Positions 18,810 to 28,050 of a DNA stretch of 64,000 nt are shown piece after piece. This DNA is from Candidatus Latescibacterota bacterium (lineage in GTDB: Bacteria; Latescibacterota; UBA2968; UBA8231), in contig OZ242214.1 in assembly GCA_965206595.1 (NCBI GenBank), forward strand, positions 6,462,675-6,526,674, written 5' to 3'. The first letter of the stretch is position 1; each line of letters begins with the position of its first letter. Position numbers and translations under genes: made by a program. The notes below the pieces were generated by a model that did no database searches, was not told the DNA's origin, and saw only the letters and a program-made list of their open reading frames with translations.

Positions 18810-20069
18810 ATGCAACTTCCCAGGATGATGCGGGTCAAACAGCGTTTCGACGGACCTACCCTCGAAGACATTCCCGGCGCCGTGCGCGAGGAGATCGCCA
18901 AACAGAATCTCTCGGACAAGGTCGCCAGGGGGGACAGCGTCGCCATCAGCGTCGGCAGCCGCGGCATCGCCAACATCGCCCTGATCACCAGAACCGTGAT
19001 CGAGGAGCTGCAGGTTCTGGGGGCCGAGCCGTTCGTGGTCCCGGCGATGGGCAGCCACGGCGGCGGCAAGGCCGAGGGGCAGCGCGGCATCATCGAGAGC
19101 TACGGCGTTACAGAGGAGTACATAGGGGCGCCGATCCGGTCGTCGATGGAGGTGGTGCAGGTCGGCGAGACCGGGGACGGGGTGCCGGTCTTCTTCGACA
19201 AGTACGCGTACGAGGCGGACCACGTGGTCGTCGCCGGGCGCGTCAAGCCGCACACCGGGTTCGTCGGCGAGATCGAGAGCGGCCTGCACAAGATGATGCT
19301 GATCGGCCTCGGCAAGCATAAAGGAGCCGCCCTCTACCACCAGGCCATCGTCCATTACAGCTTTGACCGCATCGTGCGCGCCGTCGGCCAGACCGTGATC
19401 GACAAGTGCGGGGTGCTGTTCGGCCTCGGCATCGTCGAGAACCAGTACGACAGGACGGCGCTGGTGCGCACCGTGGAACCGGAGAACTTCGTCGAGGGGG
19501 AGAAGGAGCTGCTGCTGCTCGCCAAGAAGTGGATGCCCTCGCTGCCGTTCGAGCAGATCGACGTGCTCGTCGTCGAGGAGATGGGCAAGAACATCAGCGG
19601 CGCCGGCATGGACACCAACGTCATCGGCCGCAAGTACTACGACCACAAGGCGGCCGAGAAGGAGTACCCCAAGGTCACCCGCATCGCCGTGCGCAGCCTG
19701 ACCGAGGAGACCCACGGCAACGCTTCCGGCATCGGCATGGCCGACTACATCCACGCGCGCATCCTCGACCAGATCGACCTCGAGGCCACGGCCATCAACA
19801 CCATGACCGGCAACCACCCGTCGGCCGGGGCGGTGCCGATCTGCTTCGACAGCGACCGCAAGGTGCTCGAAGCCGCGCTGTCGACCTGCGGGCTGGTGGA
19901 GCCGCCCGACGCCAGGGTGGTGCGCATCCGCAACACCCTCGACGTCGGGGAGATCCTCGTTTCGGAGGCCTGCGAGAAGGAGGTGGCGCGCCGCGACGAG
20001 CTCAGCGTCGTCGAGCCGCCGCAGGAGATGCGGTTCGACGCCAACGACGACCTGCTCCCCTTCGAGTGA
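18810..20069 (+). CDS. LarA-like (lactate racemase family / DUF2088) protein
   Basis: VAISVGSRGIANI...VVPAMGSHGG and GRVKPHTGFVGEIESGLHKMMLIGLGKHKGA parallel the LarA N-terminal and catalytic-loop regions. ATG at 18810 with RBS AGGAG. Confidence 0.55.
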   Translation: MQLPRMMRVKQRFDGPTLEDIPGAVREEIAKQNLSDKVARGDSVAISVGSRGIANIALITRTVIEELQVLGAEPFVVPAMGSHGGGKAEGQRGIIESYGVTEEYIGAPIRSSMEVVQVGETGDGVPVFFDKYAYEADHVVVAGRVKPHTGFVGEIESGLHKMMLIGLGKHKGAALYHQAIVHYSFDRIVRAVGQTVIDKCGVLFGLGIVENQYDRTALVRTVEPENFVEGEKELLLLAKKWMPSLPFEQIDVLVVEEMGKNISGAGMDTNVIGRKYYDHKAAEKEYPKVTRIAVRSLTEETHGNASGIGMADYIHARILDQIDLEATAINTMTGNHPSAGAVPICFDSDRKVLEAALSTCGLVEPPDARVVRIRNTLDVGEILVSEACEKEVARRDELSVVEPPQEMRFDANDDLLPFE

Positions 20070-20094
20070 CCCGGTACCGGCAAGAGGAGGAGTC

Positions 20095-21210
20095 ATGGCG
20101 ATTCAAGCGGCAGTGATGACGGAACCCGGCGCGGTCGAGGTGCGGGAGTTCCCGCGCCCCGACATCGCCGCGGACGAGCTGCTGCTCGAGATCGAGAGCA
20201 CCGGCATCTGCGGCAGCGACAAGCACATCTACGCCGGCCACATGCCGCTGCAGTTCCCCCTCGTTCCAGGTCACGAGCTCGTCGGCAGGATCGCCGAGAT
20301 CGGGTCGCGCGCCGCCGCGGAGATGGCTGTAGTCGGGGGGCCCCTCGCCGAAGGGGACCGCGTCACCACCACCCCGAGCTCGACCGCCTGCGGCCGCTGC
20401 CACTACTGCCTGCACATGCCGCAGCGGCCCACCCTCTGCACCGGGCGCTACGTGCACGGGTTCGTCTCCTGCGACCTGCCGCCGGCCCCGCGCGGCGGCT
20501 TCGCCGAGCAGATGCACCTGGGGCCGCGCTCCTGGATCTTCAGGATCCCCGACGAGCTGAGCTCGGACCGCGCCGTGCTCACCGAGCCGGCCGCGGTCGC
20601 CACCCGCGCCGTCGAGCGCGCCCTCGGCCCCGGCATCCCCCACATCGGCGAGGGCCTCGGCATGGACAAGTCCGTGCTCGTGCTCGGGGCCGGGCCGATC
20701 GGCCAGCTCGTCATCGCCGTCCTCGCCCATATCGGCACCGACCTGATCATCGCCTCCGACCTGAGCGCTTCCCGCCTGGAGATGGCCGCGGCGATGGGGG
20801 CGCACCGGGTCGTCGACGCCGCCGCCGACCTCGACGAGCGGCTGCAGGAAGTGCAGGAGCTGACCGGCGGGATCGGCCCGGACATCGTCATCGAAACCGC
20901 CGGGGTCCCCGTCGTCTTCAAGGAGTCCCTCGACCTGGTGAAGCGGGGCGGCATCGTCGTCGAGGTCGGCCACTTCACCGACCCGGGCGGCGTCGACATC
21001 CACCCCAACACCGTCTGCTTCAAGGACCTCGACATCCGCGGCATGTGGGCCTACCCGGCGATGCAGTTCAAAACGGCCTTGAGCTTCCTCAAGAACTCCT
21101 CCGCACCTCTCGACCGCTTCATCACCCACCGGGTGGGGCTCGCCGATACCGAAGAGGGTATCCGCCTCACCGGCAGCGAGGGTTCGATGAAGGTGGTCGT
21201 CGAGCCCTGA
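20095..21210 (+). CDS. Zinc-dependent alcohol/polyol dehydrogenase (MDR superfamily; sorbitol/threonine dehydrogenase-like)
   Basis: GICGSDKHIY, PGHELVG, CGRCHYC structural Zn site, VLGAGPIGQL Rossmann motif. Confidence 0.85.
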   Translation: MAIQAAVMTEPGAVEVREFPRPDIAADELLLEIESTGICGSDKHIYAGHMPLQFPLVPGHELVGRIAEIGSRAAAEMAVVGGPLAEGDRVTTTPSSTACGRCHYCLHMPQRPTLCTGRYVHGFVSCDLPPAPRGGFAEQMHLGPRSWIFRIPDELSSDRAVLTEPAAVATRAVERALGPGIPHIGEGLGMDKSVLVLGAGPIGQLVIAVLAHIGTDLIIASDLSASRLEMAAAMGAHRVVDAAADLDERLQEVQELTGGIGPDIVIETAGVPVVFKESLDLVKRGGIVVEVGHFTDPGGVDIHPNTVCFKDLDIRGMWAYPAMQFKTALSFLKNSSAPLDRFITHRVGLADTEEGIRLTGSEGSMKVVVEP

Positions 21211-21291
21211 CCGGACCCGCAGTTTTCCTGACAATCTGGGAACGCCCCATGACCCGGGCGGCGGCGGCTGTGGTACCAGGGAACTTCCATA

Positions 21292-22839
21292 ATGGCGAGA
21301 CGCAGACTGCCCATCGGCATTCAGAACTTCCGCAAGATCCGGGAGCAGGATTTCTATTACGTCGACAAGACAGGATATATCCGTGCCCTCCTCGACGAGG
21401 GCACGCATTACTTCCTTTCGCGGCCGCGTCGCTTCGGCAAGAGCCTGTTTCTCGACACCTTGAAGGAGCTGTTCGAAGGAAACGAGCCGCTATTCGAGGG
21501 ATTGTACATCCACGACCACTGGGATTGGCGCGTGCGCTATCCCGTCCTGCACCTCAGTTTCGGCAGCGGGAACTTCAGTGAGCCGGGCTACCTGCGGGCC
21601 AACCTCATGGAACAGCTCGCCGCGGCTGAACGTCGAGCGGGGATCGTTTCGGAGTACACCACAGCTCCCGGACGCTTTGCGTCTCTATTGGAAATCCTTC
21701 ACGACCAAGCCGGACAGCGCGTGGCCGTCCTGGTGGACGAATACGACAAGCCGATCCTCGACGCGCTGGAAGTCCCCGAAATAGCCCGCGCCAACCGCGA
21801 CTTCCTGCGCGGCCTCTACGCCACCATCAAGGACTGCGACGCACACGTCCACTTCACCTTTCTCACAGGCGTAAGCAAGTTCTCCAAGGTCCGTCTGTTC
21901 TCCGGCCTCAACAACCTCACCGACATCACCATCGACCCGCGGTATTCCGCCATCTGCGGCTACACCGAGACAGACCTCGACACCGTATTCGCACCCGAGT
22001 TGCAAGGTCTGGACCGGGACGAGATCCGCGACTGGTACAACGGCTACGGCTGGCTTGGCGACGAAAAGGTGTACAACCCGTTCGACATTCTCCTGCTGTT
22101 CGACAAGCGCACCTTCGGCGCCTACTGGTTCGAGACCGGCACACCCACGTTCCTTGTCGAAACCCTGTTCAAACACCGCACCAGTTCCCTCGAACTCAAT
22201 AATCTGGTCGGCAACGACGCGTTGTTATCCGCCTTCGAGGTCGACGACATAGGAACGGAGGCCCTGCTGTTCCAGACCGGTTACCTCACCATCACAGAGA
22301 AAGAAGACCTCGGCGGCGAGTCTCTCTATCGGCTGGGCTATCCCAACCGGGAGGTGCGTCAAAGCCTCAACGAAAGCCTGCTGCGCTACCTGGTGAAGGA
22401 CTCGACGCGCCAGATGGCGAACAGCGTGCGCCTGTACCGGTTGCTCGAAGCCAACGACTTCGCCGGCCTCGAGACCTTGTTCCACGCCTTCTTCGCCAGC
22501 ATACCCTACGAGTGGTACACCAACAACGACATCGCCGATTTCGAGGGCTACTACGCCAGCGTGTTCTATTCCTACTTCGCGGGGTTGGGACTTGAGATTA
22601 CCGTAGAAGACAGCAGCAGCCATGGCCGTGTGGATATGGCCGTCAATTTCAACGCCGCCGTCTATCTGTTCGAGTTCAAAGTGGTCGAAATGGCATCCAA
22701 GGGCGCGGCAATGGAGCAATTGAAGGAGAAGGGATACGCGGACAAATACCGCGGCCTGGACCAGCCGATCCACCTGATAGCCGTAGAGTTCAGCAAGAAC
22801 ACCCGCAACATAACGGCCTTCGAGGTCGCCCGCGCGTGA
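21292..22839 (+). CDS. AAA-ATPase-like N-terminal domain plus PD-(D/E)XK nuclease-like C-terminal domain protein (PF09820/DUF1703 type)
   Basis: IGIQNFRKIREQDFYYVDKTGYI...YFLSRPRRFGKSLFLDTL is the hallmark N-terminus of this family. Confidence 0.7.
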   Translation: MARRRLPIGIQNFRKIREQDFYYVDKTGYIRALLDEGTHYFLSRPRRFGKSLFLDTLKELFEGNEPLFEGLYIHDHWDWRVRYPVLHLSFGSGNFSEPGYLRANLMEQLAAAERRAGIVSEYTTAPGRFASLLEILHDQAGQRVAVLVDEYDKPILDALEVPEIARANRDFLRGLYATIKDCDAHVHFTFLTGVSKFSKVRLFSGLNNLTDITIDPRYSAICGYTETDLDTVFAPELQGLDRDEIRDWYNGYGWLGDEKVYNPFDILLLFDKRTFGAYWFETGTPTFLVETLFKHRTSSLELNNLVGNDALLSAFEVDDIGTEALLFQTGYLTITEKEDLGGESLYRLGYPNREVRQSLNESLLRYLVKDSTRQMANSVRLYRLLEANDFAGLETLFHAFFASIPYEWYTNNDIADFEGYYASVFYSYFAGLGLEITVEDSSSHGRVDMAVNFNAAVYLFEFKVVEMASKGAAMEQLKEKGYADKYRGLDQPIHLIAVEFSKNTRNITAFEVARA

Positions 22840-22918
22840 TTATGAAACGTGAAGGGGGGAAGGGCCACGGGCGTTCCGGATGGTGGTCCACGCTCACGGA
22901 CCCTCCTCTGCTGATTCG

Positions 22919-23272
22919 ATGACCCATATGAATACGATCGAATCCCCTATCGACAAAGCCGCTATCCAAACCGTGGCGCAATTGATCGTGGAACGGTTCG
23001 ATCCGGAAATGGTCATCCTTTTCGGCAGCCATGCTCGAGGGCAGGCTGGTATGCACAGCGATGTAGACCTGTTGGTCGTGATGCGTGAAGATGCAGGCCG
23101 GAAACAACCTGGAAACCCAATTCGCAGGGCGATTGCCGAACGGTTCGTTCTTCCTGTCGATGTTATAATCAGCTCTCCGGAAGTCTTTGCCAGGGAGCGA
23201 GCCAATCCATATTCGCTGATCCACAAGGCCCTGGAAGAAGGAGAAATGCTGTATGAGCGACCTACCGCCTGA
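22919..23272 (+). CDS. Minimal nucleotidyltransferase (MNT) antitoxin-like protein
   Basis: ILFGSHARGQAGMHSDVDLLVV matches the GS.ARG...SDVDL nucleotidyltransferase motif; overlaps the downstream HEPN gene. Confidence 0.75.
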   Translation: MTHMNTIESPIDKAAIQTVAQLIVERFDPEMVILFGSHARGQAGMHSDVDLLVVMREDAGRKQPGNPIRRAIAERFVLPVDVIISSPEVFARERANPYSLIHKALEEGEMLYERPTA

Positions 23273-23635
23273 ATGGGACTGGTTCCGGAAAGGAGATCAG
23301 GATCTGGAAATGGCTCGTCGGGCACTGGGGCCGGGAACCCCTTGCCGGCGATGGCCTGTTATCACTCCCAGCAATGCACAGAAAAATACCTGAAAGGCTA
23401 TCTGGTTGCTCACTCGGTCCCCTTTCGCTACGTGCACGATCTTGTCTACCTCACGCAGCTTTGCAAAGAAGGGAACCCAGTCTTTGAGGAGCTGATGCAG
23501 GCTGCTGAAATTTTAAATGAATATGGAGCGGCAGTACGGTATCCGAGTGAGAACTCAGCAGAACCCGACCTCAATGCGGCCAAAGAGGCCGTTCGTCTGG
23601 CGGAGCAGGTCGCTGCGCTTATAACTCAGAATTAA
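23253..23635 (+). CDS. HEPN domain toxin-like protein, frameshifted (apparent 1-bp deletion near 23334-23338)
   Basis: ATG at 23253 gives MSDLPPEWDWFRKGDQDLEMARRALGPG. It then continues in ORF 23273..23635 as NPLPAMACYHSQQCTEKYLKGYLV...AAVRYPSEN (HEPN signature). Confidence 0.65.
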
Positions 23636-23705
23636 ACCCCGAGCAGTTCGCTCAGCGCCTCGCGAAACATCAACCCCCTGCCCATCCACCCCTTCGGCCC
23701 GGACC

Positions 23706-24248
23706 TCAGGCGAGGGCCTCCCGGAGGAAGCCGTAGGCGCGGGCGCCGCTGATCTGGTGCCGCCCCGAGAAGATATCCGCCTTCACCCCGTCCCCGGCAC
23801 CTAAAACCCCGTACACACTGCGCGCCTTGGCCAGGCCGGAGCGCACCGCGGAAACCGGGAAGATCGGGTCGTGGGTGCCGGCTTCCACCAGCATCGGCCG
23901 CGGGGCGATGAGGCCGGCCAGATCGTGCATTTCGCCGAACTCCGCCAACCCCGGCACGTAGTTGCAGGGGCAGTGCGCCATGGCGAAGAGACTGTCCCGG
24001 AAGGTCGAGTAATAGCCGCTGACCACGCAGGCGCGGATGCGCTCGTCGATGCAGGTGGAAAAGAAGGTGTGCATGCCGCCCCCTGAAATACCCATGGCCC
24101 CGAGGCGGCCGGTGTCGAACTCGGGGCGGGTCTCGAGGTAGTCGACGAGGCGCCGGCCGTCGCCCACGCGGATGCCGACCACTGACTTCGCCCAAAGATA
24201 ACCCCCGAAAAACCGAGATCGGAGGAGGTCCTTCCATGTACACGGCAA
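23706..24248 (-). pseudogene. C-terminal fragment of an alpha/beta-hydrolase (acetyl-xylan-esterase / dienelactone-hydrolase-like); N-terminal half absent
   Basis: GAMGISGGGMHTF nucleophile elbow, CNYVPGL, IAPRPMLVEAGTHDPIFP. Only ~180 aa present, and the ORF abuts the stop of the upstream gene at 24258. Confidence 0.55.
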
Positions 24249-24257
24249 TACATAAGG

Positions 24258-25268
24258 TCAGCCCCCGTTTCCGATCCGCATGGGCTCACCGCCCCGGTCC
24301 GCAGAGAGCTGGGCGGTGCACACCACCTCGGTCTCCAGCAGGCAGTCCTCGGCGCTGGCGCGCATCGGAGTGCCGTGCAGGATCAGGTCGACGAAGGCCT
24401 GCTCGAGAGTGCCGGGGCTTTCCGCCGGCACTTCGATGTGGCGCGTCGCCTGGCCGTGGGTCGTCACCTGGAGGCGGGTTGTCCCTCGCAGGTTCTCCAC
24501 CATGCCTTCGGTGCCGTACACCCGCATCCGGTCGTCGCCCCAGCTGCCGATCTGCCGCGGATTGAGGTAGTTGAAGTTGGCCGCTCCGGCGCCTCCGTTG
24601 TCGAGGGTGAAGGCCAGTCCAGCCGCCATCTGCAACCGACCGGCTCGCGGATTGCCACAGGTGGTGTCGAAGGCGGAGACCGTGGTGAATTCACGGCCGG
24701 TCGCCCAGCGAGTGAAGGTGACGGCGTGGATGCCGGCCTGGCGGATCAGACCGCCGTCCACCCCCCGGTCCTGGGGACGTCGGTCATGGTAGGGGTACGA
24801 TTTCTGCGCCACGACCTGCACGGGCTCGCCGATTTCGCCGCTGCCGACGACTTCTCTCATGGCGGTCCAGATGGGCGAGTAGACCGACCCGGTCATGGAA
24901 CGCAGTTGCTTGTCGGTCCGTTCCTCGGCGCCGCGGATGCGCTCCAGTTCCTCCAGCGTCAGACAGAGCGGTTTTTCCGCCAGGACATGTTTGCCCGCCT
25001 CGAGAGCGCGGATCGTCTCTTCCGCCTGCCGGTCCCGGCGCGGACTGCAGAGGCTGATCATGGCAAGTCTCTCGTCTCCCAGCAGCGCCTCCAGATCGGG
25101 GTAGTACTTCATGCTCCCCGCCAGATTCGGATGGTCCTTCGTGATCCTGGCGAATCCGGCTTCGGAGACGCCGGCGACAGCGTCGATGGAGGCATCCTTC
25201 AACACAGGCGCCAGACCGAGTATCTGGTGGCCGTTCGTTCCGTAGCAGCCGATGTGGATTTCTTCCAT
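24258..25268 (-). CDS. Gfo/Idh/MocA-family NAD(P)-dependent oxidoreductase
   Basis: IHIGCYGTNGHQI N-terminal Rossmann motif, EKPLCLTLEE, Gfo/Idh/MocA C-terminal region. Confidence 0.8.
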   Translation of the reverse strand: MEEIHIGCYGTNGHQILGLAPVLKDASIDAVAGVSEAGFARITKDHPNLAGSMKYYPDLEALLGDERLAMISLCSPRRDRQAEETIRALEAGKHVLAEKPLCLTLEELERIRGAEERTDKQLRSMTGSVYSPIWTAMREVVGSGEIGEPVQVVAQKSYPYHDRRPQDRGVDGGLIRQAGIHAVTFTRWATGREFTTVSAFDTTCGNPRAGRLQMAAGLAFTLDNGGAGAANFNYLNPRQIGSWGDDRMRVYGTEGMVENLRGTTRLQVTTHGQATRHIEVPAESPGTLEQAFVDLILHGTPMRASAEDCLLETEVVCTAQLSADRGGEPMRIGNGG

Positions 25269-25310
25269 GAGAACCTCTCCAGGAGCGTCGGGTTTGCGCC
25301 GATACCGCAC

Positions 25311-27308
25311 TCAATAAGGCAGTTGGGACACCGATTTCGATACCAGGGCGATGGCTACCGTGCTCATGCCGATCAGTCCCATCCCCGCCGCGTAACCCGC
25401 CAGCAGCACCGGCGCGTATTGGCGCCACTTCTGTTTGCCGAATCGCCTCTCGAAATAGTAGCGTCCCAGCAGGGCACCGATCATTTCGGGAATCAGCAGA
25501 TGGGACAACTGTCCCACACCCCTGATGAATCCGTAGATGAGCAGGACCGGCAGTCCCAGTACGGTCAGCAAGACGTACGAACTTACTCCGAAGAGAAAGC
25601 CTGCTCCGATCCAATCGAACTTGATCGCCTCCAGAAAGAGATGGTTGCCCTCGGTCGTGGCCGAGATCCAGATCGACTGCCGAAGCGCGGTGAGATGCCA
25701 GAACTTCTGGGCGTACTGGAAGATCGGTGAAGGGATGGAAGTGTTGTTCCAGATCAGGGTCCAGAAGAGCAGGCTGCAGCCGAGGGCCACCGGAATCAAC
25801 AGGAGTTCGGCTTTGATGATGCTGGTGAAGCGCGTCCCGGTAAGCTCGAACTGCCTGAACATCTGCACGCTGCCGCCGTAGTTGTCATAGGGAACGGGCG
25901 CGAACCAGATGTCGACCCCCCTGTAGCCGGAGAGGATGAAGGACCCTTCGCGAATCATGGGAAAACCCACGGTCTGTCCCGTCATGCCGACCATGCGCGC
26001 ATTTATGTAGGAGAGCACGGGCGTGAGCAGGAAGCCGAAGAGGAGCAGGAAGCCGAGAGGGAATTCATCGTCTTCGAGAATCAACATGCAGACGGCTATG
26101 TAGGCGCTCGTGGCCAGCACGTACAGCCCGAGTCCGACCCAGAACGGAATGTCGCCGCGCCCCGGGGGCGGGGCGAAGGAGCGGCCTTTCTCGCTGCGCG
26201 CGCGCAGGGTCTGCCTGGTCGACAGGAACACCGTGACCAGGCCGATCACGGCGACAGCGAAGCCCATCCCAATGGCCACGCTCATCCATAGATCCACGGA
26301 GTTGGCGAACTCCGTCGTCACCGTGTCCATGCCCGGGCGCCAGATCGTCAGCAAGCCGGCGTTGTAGAGCAGCGGATTGACCAGCACGTAAACCATGGCC
26401 ATGAGGAAGCCGCCGACGACCACCCAGAATGGCAGCACGAAGCCGGTGATCACCACGCCCAGGTCGGTCATGAAACCGGTGGGGCTGGCCGGCAGGAAGG
26501 ATTCGGTGAGTGGTGTCGTGTCGATCCAGGGGATGGGGATGAGGTTGAGCGGCTCCTTCATGATGATCCCGGTGAGGGCGGGCACGCCGACGTAGACGAT
26601 GCCGAAGAGGACACCGGTCGTCATCCCGACGATGAAGACATTCCAGCGCCACGTCTCCTTCTCGCCAGTCGACTCCGCCAGCGCCAGCGCTCCCTGCGCG
26701 CCGACCGGTGCCATCGGGAACGGCAGATTCTCTACGTCGGAGGTGACGCGGAAGAGCGTGTAGCCGGCGCCGAACCAGGCCATCCTGCTGGCGATATACT
26801 TGAATGCGATGAGGGTGACGGCGGGGATCCACGCCTTGTGGAACAAGGTGCGGTGCACCAGGGCCGGCGAATCGGCCGGCGGGGATACCCATTCGGGTAT
26901 CTGCCCGGCGATACCGAATCCTTCAACCGCGGTGGATTGGACCAGGTACTGATGCCACATCGCCTCGGCGAAGGGACCACCGGCCAGCATCAGGCCGCCA
27001 CCGAGCACCACCTCGGTCAGGCCGCCGGCGATGTAGAAGAGGACGAAGACTTCCTGCTTGCGCAGTACTGTAAACGACCGCCTGGCGATCTCGGCGAACA
27101 GGATGATGGTGACCCACTCGGCCGCCGGTCCCATGCCGCGACCGGCAATGAGACCCAGATAGATCGATCCGGGAAGCATGACGAAACCGATGAAGAAGGC
27201 GCCGAGCACCGAGCGCATGTTGAAGCCATCCTCGAACTCGGATGGCACCTCCATCGCGGCGCGGTATTCTTCAAGATCCCGGGTGGAGCGATCCCTCTCT
27301 TTCAGCAC
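25311..27308 (-). CDS. Large polytopic integral membrane protein of unknown function (paralog of 52715..54748)
   Basis: 665 aa, >12 hydrophobic segments. Shared motifs with the second copy, e.g. R.T...ENL.FP (RVTSDVENLPFPMAP vs RQWTETENLNFPITQ). Confidence 0.65.
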   Translation of the reverse strand: MLKERDRSTRDLEEYRAAMEVPSEFEDGFNMRSVLGAFFIGFVMLPGSIYLGLIAGRGMGPAAEWVTIILFAEIARRSFTVLRKQEVFVLFYIAGGLTEVVLGGGLMLAGGPFAEAMWHQYLVQSTAVEGFGIAGQIPEWVSPPADSPALVHRTLFHKAWIPAVTLIAFKYIASRMAWFGAGYTLFRVTSDVENLPFPMAPVGAQGALALAESTGEKETWRWNVFIVGMTTGVLFGIVYVGVPALTGIIMKEPLNLIPIPWIDTTPLTESFLPASPTGFMTDLGVVITGFVLPFWVVVGGFLMAMVYVLVNPLLYNAGLLTIWRPGMDTVTTEFANSVDLWMSVAIGMGFAVAVIGLVTVFLSTRQTLRARSEKGRSFAPPPGRGDIPFWVGLGLYVLATSAYIAVCMLILEDDEFPLGFLLLFGFLLTPVLSYINARMVGMTGQTVGFPMIREGSFILSGYRGVDIWFAPVPYDNYGGSVQMFRQFELTGTRFTSIIKAELLLIPVALGCSLLFWTLIWNNTSIPSPIFQYAQKFWHLTALRQSIWISATTEGNHLFLEAIKFDWIGAGFLFGVSSYVLLTVLGLPVLLIYGFIRGVGQLSHLLIPEMIGALLGRYYFERRFGKQKWRQYAPVLLAGYAAGMGLIGMSTVAIALVSKSVSQLPY

Positions 27309-27336
27309 ATTCCTCTCTCAGGAAGGAGACCATCTG

Positions 27337-28050
27337 TCAACGACGAAACTGACCGGGTAAAGAGACGAGAAACAGGATGACGAGGGTCCCCGCAAAGAGG
27401 TAGTGCCAGAAATGCGTGCGTCCCGATTTGACCGTCACCTGGCCGGCAAATGACGTCGTGTCCTCGATGGCTATGGAGAAGTTCCAGGTGGCGGTGCGCC
27501 CGTCTGTCCGCGTCGCCGAAGGGGATTCCAGCAACTGACCGGGCATCTCGACTGCAATCTGGACCTTCACCGGAGGCAGCGACTGTTGGCGCGCTTCGGT
27601 GAGGGCGGCGGCGCTGGGACGTATGTTGAAAGTCTCCCTAAAGGCGTAGGAGGTCGCCGGGAGAGTGCGGTAGATATCGAAATTCACCGCGTCGCCTTCC
27701 TGGTAGGCGCCCAGCTCGATCCACTGGCCGAAGAGGCGCTGCAGCTCGCGGTCGGACATGCCGGCGACATCCTGGAATTCCTTCGTGAGGACCCGATGGA
27801 AGCGTTCGTCCTGGACATAGCTCCTCTCCGTCCACTGATCCTGGGCGGAAAACATCTGCCCATCGGTCTTCTGTGCTTTCTTCAGGAGCGGTCGATACTT
27901 CTCGTCCACGGACAGGTCGAGACTCCGCAACGTTCCGCCATCCGCGGCGATGGCCGTGTTCAAACGGATATGCACACAACCGACAGTAGTGAGAAGAGCG
28001 AGCCAGAGCGCGACAAGCAACGGGGGATTTATCAGTTCACGCCCGCTCAT
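27337..28050 (-). CDS. Hypothetical membrane-anchored protein (N- and C-terminal hydrophobic helices)
   Basis: MSGRELINPPLLVALWLALLTTVGC... and C-terminal HFWHYLFAGTLVILFLV. ATG overlaps the stop of the upstream gene (TGATGA). Confidence 0.5.
   Translation of the reverse strand: MSGRELINPPLLVALWLALLTTVGCVHIRLNTAIAADGGTLRSLDLSVDEKYRPLLKKAQKTDGQMFSAQDQWTERSYVQDERFHRVLTKEFQDVAGMSDRELQRLFGQWIELGAYQEGDAVNFDIYRTLPATSYAFRETFNIRPSAAALTEARQQSLPPVKVQIAVEMPGQLLESPSATRTDGRTATWNFSIAIEDTTSFAGQVTVKSGRTHFWHYLFAGTLVILFLVSLPGQFRR

Noticed and set aside
23632-24289. Three overlapping minus-strand ORFs (23632..24243, 23706..24248, 23801..24289)
   Set aside because: Only the 23706..24248 frame carries esterase motifs (GISGGG, CNYVPGL). 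The other two are frame-shifted shadows with Ala/Pro/Arg-rich composition.
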